Source: a virus (taxonomy: Duplodnaviria > Heunggongvirae > Uroviricota > Caudoviricetes). Taken from it: a DNA stretch of 37,289 bases. The first letter of the stretch is position 1; every line of letters begins with the position of its first letter. Location: positions 1-37,289 of the IMG/VR virus record IMGVR_UViG_3300041955_000143; one strand, given 5' to 3'. The notes under the pieces were generated by a model. The model was given only the letters and a program-made list of their open reading frames with translations, did not search any database and was not told the DNA's origin. Shown piece after piece: positions 31,453 to 37,289 of this stretch. A program made the translations under genes and the position numbers.

Positions 31453-34400
31453 TGCCACCCCGAAAAACACCGTGCCTTTTAAGAATATCCTGCACTCGCT
31501 CTTGACGGCTACGAACATGCTCAAATGGCTTCTTCACGTTTCCGTGATCGAGCCAATCCCTAAATTCGCCCAAAGTTACCCCAGTAATTTTGCCTATTCG
31601 ATCCTTGCCTCTGCCGTCCGAAAAAGACGCTTCATAGGCACGTCTCGCCTGCCGCTCATTCGCGAAGAACAGGAGGCATTTTCCTTCGTCGTATTTTCCG
31701 CTGTCTGCATCAATTTGATCGACGATGAAGACATGAGGCGCTAGGCGATGAGGACCGACGAAGCAATCTAGGGGATCTTTGTCTTTTGCCGTCACGCCAC
31801 GGATATAGCCGTAATGGGCATTTTTTGGCATTTTGACGGACCACGGCTTTCCGTTCTTATCGATGCCAGACCGCGTTGAACCGGCCGCGTTCTCGATCAT
31901 AATCTCCATGCCTCTGGCGTGGATTCTGTCCTTTTTATAATTCCCTGCATGCTTCTGTGCCTCAGTCGGATTCGGGTCGATATTCTTCGGATCGACTCGG
32001 CCACCGTGCGCCCGTTGCATGCGCTCGCGCTGTGAGACAGTCGGTTGACCTCTGATTACGTTACTAAGGTCGCTGATCCAATTATCTCGCTGGCCGCTTA
32101 CATTCAGCATGAAATTCTGTTCGAGCTTATCGAGCGGCGTTTCGTTCCTTGCGTCCTCGACGTTTGTCGATGGGCGCCATTGCTCGATCGGCTGACTTTC
32201 GGGGACCGCACCGCCATCGGCCCGATGCGATATTAACGCTTCAATCGCATCGTCCTTCGTCTTTCCTGTCGAAAGCATCGCTCCGCTTTTATCGAAGACT
32301 CCCCAACGATTAAGCGGATAGGCGTATTCGACTGTGAGACCGCGTTGCAATACGCGACCGCCGCTAGCGCGTTCAATTACGTCGTCGTCTGACTGTGGAG
32401 CATTTTTCCTTCTTGTGGTGCCAACTGGATCGTTCTCGCCGATCGTGAGTAGCGGCCTTTGGTTGCGCCAGTCGGCGAGTTCTTGATGCTCTGGTTCGCC
32501 GTTGCCGCATGGAATTGCACCGCCAACGGCGCGAGTTACTCGACCTCCATGCTTGAATAGCGGGAAGCCCTGAGTGAGAGCGGCTTTACGAAGTTCTGGT
32601 GTAATTTTGATGCTGTGAATGGGCGTTTCTTTGCCTCTCGCTTTCACAATTGCAATGCTCGCAGATTCTCTATCAGGGAAAGTAGAGTTTCCCCATCCAT
32701 GTGCGTAGTCTTCCGTAACCGGATCATAAATGCGCCATTGATTTGGGCCAGAATGAACAGCATACCATTTATCTTCGTTGTGAGCACGTAGGCCGCTCTG
32801 CTCCACCTTCGCCCCGTATTTCTTGACCAACTTGTTGGCGGCAGCAGGCAAGATTTGATCGTAGAATCCGCGCATACCTTCGCCGCCGACTTTGAGGTCG
32901 AGACCGGAGTATTCGGCGGCATGCTTTGACGCCATTGCCAGCACGTCTGTCTTATCTCGTACCGACTTCGGCAGAGAATTTTGATAGGCGACCGCTTCCT
33001 CTTTTGAGGTAAAGCGCGGCGACCAATTACCGGAGACTCGATTTTTAACACCCCAATTATTTTGCTGGCCAGCAATGTCCTTGACGATCTTTTCGGCCAT
33101 TTCCTTGCCAACATGATCGGCAAGTTCTTTCTCTGGCACGTTTTCTGCCACGCGAGTCCGCTCGTCGCGACCTTTAAGTTTTGCGTCGAGCGTGTAATAC
33201 GGGCCGTCAGTGCCTTCGCTGCGAATAGCGCGTAGTTCGTTAATCTGCTTGCTGAGGTCGTATCGGTCAGCGTTCGTTGCGCCGGTGTCCCAACTTATGC
33301 GGTCGTAACCCTCGTCGGCCGCTTTTCGGATCATGCGCTTTAGGGCCAACTCCGGCCATGTGTTTTTGAAAGGAGCGTCAGGAACGCCGAACTTAGTTCC
33401 TTCAAATTCTCCCACCGCGCGCTCATAAGCCATGCGCGCTATAGCAAAACGGCCAATGGCTGGGCGATCTTGCGGCTCAAACCCAGATAGCCATTCTTGG
33501 TAGCGTCGCGGATTATTTAAATCATTAAGACCAGCAGATCGGTCAATGCTCTGCACGAGGTCGCGCGCTAAATCATTGTTGCTTACGTGTGGTCTGACTG
33601 CTTGGAACAGGTCGGATTCGGCCTTAGAAAGCACTTGACCAGCATCATCACGTCTTTGTTTGAGTGTCGCCAAATCCTCGCCAGTTTGGTATCCTTCCTT
33701 TCTGCCCTTTTGGTGCCAATCCGATTGGACCTCGCTAATGTGTAGAGTCCTATCTCCGCCTATATTCCGATCATCGAATCTGACGTGGGCAAGGACATTG
33801 GGTTCGTCCCAGTGAGAGGAGCGAAAGGATTCTTTCCCGAGAGCACCGCGAAGTGCCGCGAGCTTGGTTGCGAGGCGATCACGTTCCATCGCCAAACGAG
33901 CCAATTCAGCGTCACGAGCTGGCACTGCGGTCGGATTTTCGCGCAAGTAATCGCCAATTTTATTGTTCGTGTAGCTGAGCCACGCCCCAGTGCTCTTCAT
34001 TTCCTCCGTTGCCGGTCGATCCCGTGTCGGCAACGTCAGCAGCAATTCCCGATAGTTCTCGCCGCCGGGGAGAGTGTATTGAGCAAATTTTGGCGTTTGG
34101 CCGTAACCAGTGCTTGCGGCTTCCCATTGTCTGTTTAGATTATCCAATCTTGCTTGATTTTCAGGATCGCGAGCAAGTCCAGGATTTTCTGGCCAATGCG
34201 ATAACTGGCGGATTTCGCTGTCTATCCGAGTAATTTCCTGTTTGTCGGGCGCACCTTTCTCGACCTCCTGCACATCGACCTTATTGCCGCGAATGTAATC
34301 GGCGAGGTCTTGCTTTGAGACATTTCCCTTCTGATCCGCGAGCCAATCGTTGACTCCGAGCCAATCTAGTTCTTCCGGTTTGACGCCTGGAGCGTTCCTC

Positions 34401-36856
34401 AGCATTCCGAGCCATTGATTTGCTGGCGCGGAGTTTGTCTTGGCGTTGGTCACGGCATTTTCGACGGCGGAATAGAAGCGGGGGGCTATTTGCTCTTGGG
34501 GTGACGCTGGCGCTTCTGGCTCTTCCTTTATGGGCCGCCATCCATCTTCCGTTAAGGCTTCAATCTTTGATGGCGGAACTACTTTGTTTGAATAGATGTC
34601 TCCCGTGGATTCCTTCCTGAATGGATGCGTATCGGCGGGGATGCGCAATAGAACAGGGCGTCCTTCTTCCGGCGCAAACTGCCAAGCGTTACTTGCGGTA
34701 GGCGTAAAATAATTTCGTCTGTCCGTCGAACCATCGGGCCAAACATCTTGATCCGTGAAATCTCTAGGCTTGTGCAGCTTGAGCCCCTGTTCGGCAATGT
34801 CGGCGGCCCGTTCCTCGTTTGTGGCGTGATAGACGTATCCAGGCGTAGTTTCGACGGGTCCGTTAACGGTTTTCAGCTTCCCGCCAGCCATGCCAAGCGC
34901 GCCTTCCTCAGCCATCGGCAATCCGCCCGTCATCGCGATCCCGGCAAGATCGGCCGCGCGGTTTGCTACCGTCGCGTTGGCCATGTTGAGGCGCGCTTGA
35001 TCTTCCTCGCTCCAAGTCGGCTTGCCTTGTGCGTCGGGCGGACCAGATGGCGCAATATCAAACTTACGAGCGACAACATCGCCGGGAGCGGCAACGGCAC
35101 TATAGATGCCTTCGGCTGCGCCTTTGGCGACAACGCCGACCGCACTTGGAATCTTGCTGACGGTCGCCGTAGCCGCTGGAAGAGATTCTAGCGTTATTGG
35201 CGCTTCGCTCGCGAGCGTAGGAGCGAAAGGATCGTGATCGATTTCTTGTAAATCGTATGGCCGATTTGCCTCGTCAGTCGGCGTTGGTTGCGGATGCACC
35301 GTGAGTTGCGGGACGCCGTGCGGTGCTGGAAATTCGTTGGCGCCAACGTCATCTATGTCGCCGCCATCGGCGTAGCGCATAACTCTGCCGCCGCTGGCCA
35401 TGCCCTGTTCCCAATTGGTCGGAACCTTAAAGTGAGCCGCTCCCCCAGCGACCAGACCAGCAAGGCCGTATTTTTTGATGATGTTTATCAGGCGGTCATT
35501 AAAGACGACATAGTTGCTCGTAGGCTTCGGTGCGGACGTTATTTTCGACTTCAAATCAGAAATGAAATCCTGTTGCTTGGCTATTTGCGATGCGATTTCA
35601 TCTTGGCTGAAAGCCGCGCGCACTGATGGGGCATCGGCATTCTTCTGCATTGCATTCAACGTCGATTCTTCAACGGCAATACGTTTCAGCAGCGCATCAC
35701 GTTCTGCCAGCGATGCTTGCGTGGGGCGTGATCCTTGGTCTAGGTATTTGATGCCAGGGATGCCAGCTTCGCGGAGAACTTCCGTCGCCTCTTTCGGTGA
35801 TTCTTGATAGCCTATTCCGCCGCGAGTTTTCTCCATTTTCATATCGCCGTAGAAACTGGCGCCGGACTTTGATCCCTCGCCGCGATAAGCACCCATCAAG
35901 CGGCTTTTTACATAACCGTCGTCTGCGCTCTTGATATAATCGGCATAAATATCGGGGCCTTGCTGAAACGCATCGTAGGCTTTTTTAAGTAATTGACGTA
36001 TTCCAATATCTTCTGCCGCGTCACTACTGACTTGTGATCCATTGAAATATCGCCGCGCATTTTCGTACAATTGTTTGTTTGTCGCCCTTGGCACCGACGT
36101 ATCGTAACCGAGAGATTGCAACGCCTCCTGCACCTTCGGGCTCTGTTCACTCAGCGGCTTATCCCAATCAAGAAAATGCTCGGGATCAGCGTTGATTGCG
36201 ACTTCGTACATTTTGCCAGTGCCGGGAGGTGTAACTCCTGATTTCAGCGCCTCCAAATGGGCTATCGCGTCCTCGCCGTATGTGCGTCCTGCCGAGGTCG
36301 TTCGTTGTTCTGGCGAGCGAGCCATGGCAATCGCTTTGTCGAAGTCGCCATCGGCCTGCGTGAGTAGTGTATTTGCATAAGCCTTCGGTCCTTTGGCTTG
36401 TTCAAGCGCATCTCGATACGCCTGCGCCGTCTGCGGATTCTCCGCAAAATACAATCCATGCCCGTAAGCCTGTGCGCCCTCGCCTGTTCCGATCTTCGAT
36501 AGATCGAACTGCTCAAAATCATGCGGCGAGCCATGAAATGCGCGGATGCCCATGCCTGCCGCGTCACGTTCTGCCGGGGCCGCGAACGAGGAACCAGTTG
36601 CCAATGCAGCAAGGTCAGCAGACCGCGCAACCGCCTCGTCGCTCAACGGATCGACGTTGCCTTGGGCAACGTCGCCAGGAAGTGTGACGGCACTCCATGT
36701 CTGCTTTGCGAGTTTCGCTGGCCACGTCTGTGCCAGTTTGTCTACTGCGGATTGTGGCAGTCCTTGAGACGTCGCGCCCGCAAGCGGATCGGCAAACGGA
36801 TCGGCCTCGACGGGAAGGAGGTCGTAATCAAGCGGCTGATCGGGCACGGGGGACAA
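31409..36856 (-). CDS. Large polyvalent protein, probable injected cargo: ART-PolyVal-type domain, second ART-fold domain, large unknown domain, InPase-type inorganic pyrophosphatase domain
   Basis: AFHGSPHDFEQFD...GHGLYF...GIPGIKY...NYVVF; YVYHATN...GL...NYFT...VLLRIP; SEVQSDWHQ...WPELALKR; PTEAQKHAGNYKK...IENAAGSTRSG...YGYI...DKDPLDCFVG...DQ...DEGK. Confidence 0.85.
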   Translation of the reverse strand: MSPVPDQPLDYDLLPVEADPFADPLAGATSQGLPQSAVDKLAQTWPAKLAKQTWSAVTLPGDVAQGNVDPLSDEAVARSADLAALATGSSFAAPAERDAAGMGIRAFHGSPHDFEQFDLSKIGTGEGAQAYGHGLYFAENPQTAQAYRDALEQAKGPKAYANTLLTQADGDFDKAIAMARSPEQRTTSAGRTYGEDAIAHLEALKSGVTPPGTGKMYEVAINADPEHFLDWDKPLSEQSPKVQEALQSLGYDTSVPRATNKQLYENARRYFNGSQVSSDAAEDIGIRQLLKKAYDAFQQGPDIYADYIKSADDGYVKSRLMGAYRGEGSKSGASFYGDMKMEKTRGGIGYQESPKEATEVLREAGIPGIKYLDQGSRPTQASLAERDALLKRIAVEESTLNAMQKNADAPSVRAAFSQDEIASQIAKQQDFISDLKSKITSAPKPTSNYVVFNDRLINIIKKYGLAGLVAGGAAHFKVPTNWEQGMASGGRVMRYADGGDIDDVGANEFPAPHGVPQLTVHPQPTPTDEANRPYDLQEIDHDPFAPTLASEAPITLESLPAATATVSKIPSAVGVVAKGAAEGIYSAVAAPGDVVARKFDIAPSGPPDAQGKPTWSEEDQARLNMANATVANRAADLAGIAMTGGLPMAEEGALGMAGGKLKTVNGPVETTPGYVYHATNEERAADIAEQGLKLHKPRDFTDQDVWPDGSTDRRNYFTPTASNAWQFAPEEGRPVLLRIPADTHPFRKESTGDIYSNKVVPPSKIEALTEDGWRPIKEEPEAPASPQEQIAPRFYSAVENAVTNAKTNSAPANQWLGMLRNAPGVKPEELDWLGVNDWLADQKGNVSKQDLADYIRGNKVDVQEVEKGAPDKQEITRIDSEIRQLSHWPENPGLARDPENQARLDNLNRQWEAASTGYGQTPKFAQYTLPGGENYRELLLTLPTRDRPATEEMKSTGAWLSYTNNKIGDYLRENPTAVPARDAELARLAMERDRLATKLAALRGALGKESFRSSHWDEPNVLAHVRFDDRNIGGDRTLHISEVQSDWHQKGRKEGYQTGEDLATLKQRRDDAGQVLSKAESDLFQAVRPHVSNNDLARDLVQSIDRSAGLNDLNNPRRYQEWLSGFEPQDRPAIGRFAIARMAYERAVGEFEGTKFGVPDAPFKNTWPELALKRMIRKAADEGYDRISWDTGATNADRYDLSKQINELRAIRSEGTDGPYYTLDAKLKGRDERTRVAENVPEKELADHVGKEMAEKIVKDIAGQQNNWGVKNRVSGNWSPRFTSKEEAVAYQNSLPKSVRDKTDVLAMASKHAAEYSGLDLKVGGEGMRGFYDQILPAAANKLVKKYGAKVEQSGLRAHNEDKWYAVHSGPNQWRIYDPVTEDYAHGWGNSTFPDRESASIAIVKARGKETPIHSIKITPELRKAALTQGFPLFKHGGRVTRAVGGAIPCGNGEPEHQELADWRNQRPLLTIGENDPVGTTRRKNAPQSDDDVIERASGGRVLQRGLTVEYAYPLNRWGVFDKSGAMLSTGKTKDDAIEALISHRADGGAVPESQPIEQWRPSTNVEDARNETPLDKLEQNFMLNVSGQRDNWISDLSNVIRGQPTVSQRERMQRAHGGRVDPKNIDPNPTEAQKHAGNYKKDRIHARGMEIMIENAAGSTRSGIDKNGKPWSVKMPKNAHYGYIRGVTAKDKDPLDCFVGPHRLAPHVFIVDQIDADSGKYDEGKCLLFFANERQARRAYEASFSDGRGKDRIGKITGVTLGEFRDWLDHGNVKKPFEHVRSRQERVQDILKRHGVFRGGNELSKNLQSLDAKS

Positions 36857-37289
36857 CCTTTAAGAACTTCCCTTGGCGCTTCGGGTCCCTAATATACCAT
36901 TCCCCGTCAGGCGCTTGGCGAGCTCCAATTTGTTGGGGATGAAAGCGATGTGGCGCGACGGGACTCCGCGAATCATCGACATTGCCGCCATGCGATTTCG
37001 CTTCTGGCTTCTGCTCTACTGCGCCGCCTGTATTCTGCTGCTGTGCTGGCCCTGGAATTTCTTGTTGTTGTGGTTGGGCACCTACGGCACTTGGAAGCTG
37101 AGGACGAACCGTGATTCGCGGAATAGCCTTCGATCCAGCGACAGCAGAGGCTCTCCTAGCAACATCGGCAAGGGCGTCACCGACACGTTTATTCCGAGAT
37201 GCTATCTGTAGCCCACGCATCAATTCGGTGGGATCATCAGAAGCCAACAGTGCCGCGACTCGTCCAGCCGTATTGCGATCAACATATCC
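36828..37289 (-). CDS. C-terminal part of a large protein, probable internal virion or ejection protein; 5' end outside window
   Basis: Frame open to window edge (GYVDRNTAGRVAALLASDDP...); KSHGGNV motif and terminal IGARQAPDGEWYIRDP..GKFLKV motif. Confidence 0.7.
   Translation of the reverse strand, partial: GYVDRNTAGRVAALLASDDPTELMRGLQIASRNKRVGDALADVARRASAVAGSKAIPRITVRPQLPSAVGAQPQQQEIPGPAQQQNTGGAVEQKPEAKSHGGNVDDSRSPVAPHRFHPQQIGARQAPDGEWYIRDPKRQGKFLKVVPRARSAA

Noticed and set aside
1-37289. CRISPR array, tRNA/rRNA, integrase/att site, diversity-generating retroelement
   Set aside because: No regularly spaced short repeats, no cloverleafs, no recombinase or reverse transcriptase; the only long repeat differs at synonymous sites rather than at adenines

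Overview
The window is the virion-morphogenesis and lysis half of a tailed dsDNA phage or prophage, probably a short-tailed phage of an alphaproteobacterial (Hyphomicrobiales-like) host; the host and morphology are inferred from gene families and style. Almost every real gene is on the minus strand, and most are translationally coupled (ATGA, TGATG or TAATG overlaps). In transcription order, right to left: the C-terminus of a large probable internal-virion protein; a 1815-aa polyvalent protein (two ADP-ribosyltransferase-fold domains, a large uncharacterised domain, an InPase-type pyrophosphatase domain) punctuated by repeated [R/M/F/Y]-[A/K]-x-G-G-x-[V/I] motifs; an HNH/NUMOD3 homing endonuclease; three accessory genes, one a HExxE/HiPIP-like fusion; a promoter and ~200-nt structured leader; a capsid auxiliary protein and the major capsid protein; small basic and structural proteins; a head-tail adaptor; a long run of fibre-, spike- and lectin-like genes; and a lysis region with a GH108+M15 endolysin, tiny membrane proteins and a secreted-type HNH nuclease. 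Four free-standing homing endonucleases are interspersed. No terminase, portal, integrase, tRNA or CRISPR array is visible. The most unusual signals are: (1) ten appendage-like genes inside the morphogenesis operon carry Sec-type signal peptides, and nine of the ten have even cysteine counts, suggesting export and disulfide-dependent folding of virion parts; (2) a GG-motif, polyprotein-like architecture of the cargo proteins; (3) a multi-hairpin leader RNA with repeated GCGCC loops ahead of the capsid genes; (4) clear footprints of homing-endonuclease-driven gene-end replacement. All domain calls come from motif recognition by eye, not from database searches.
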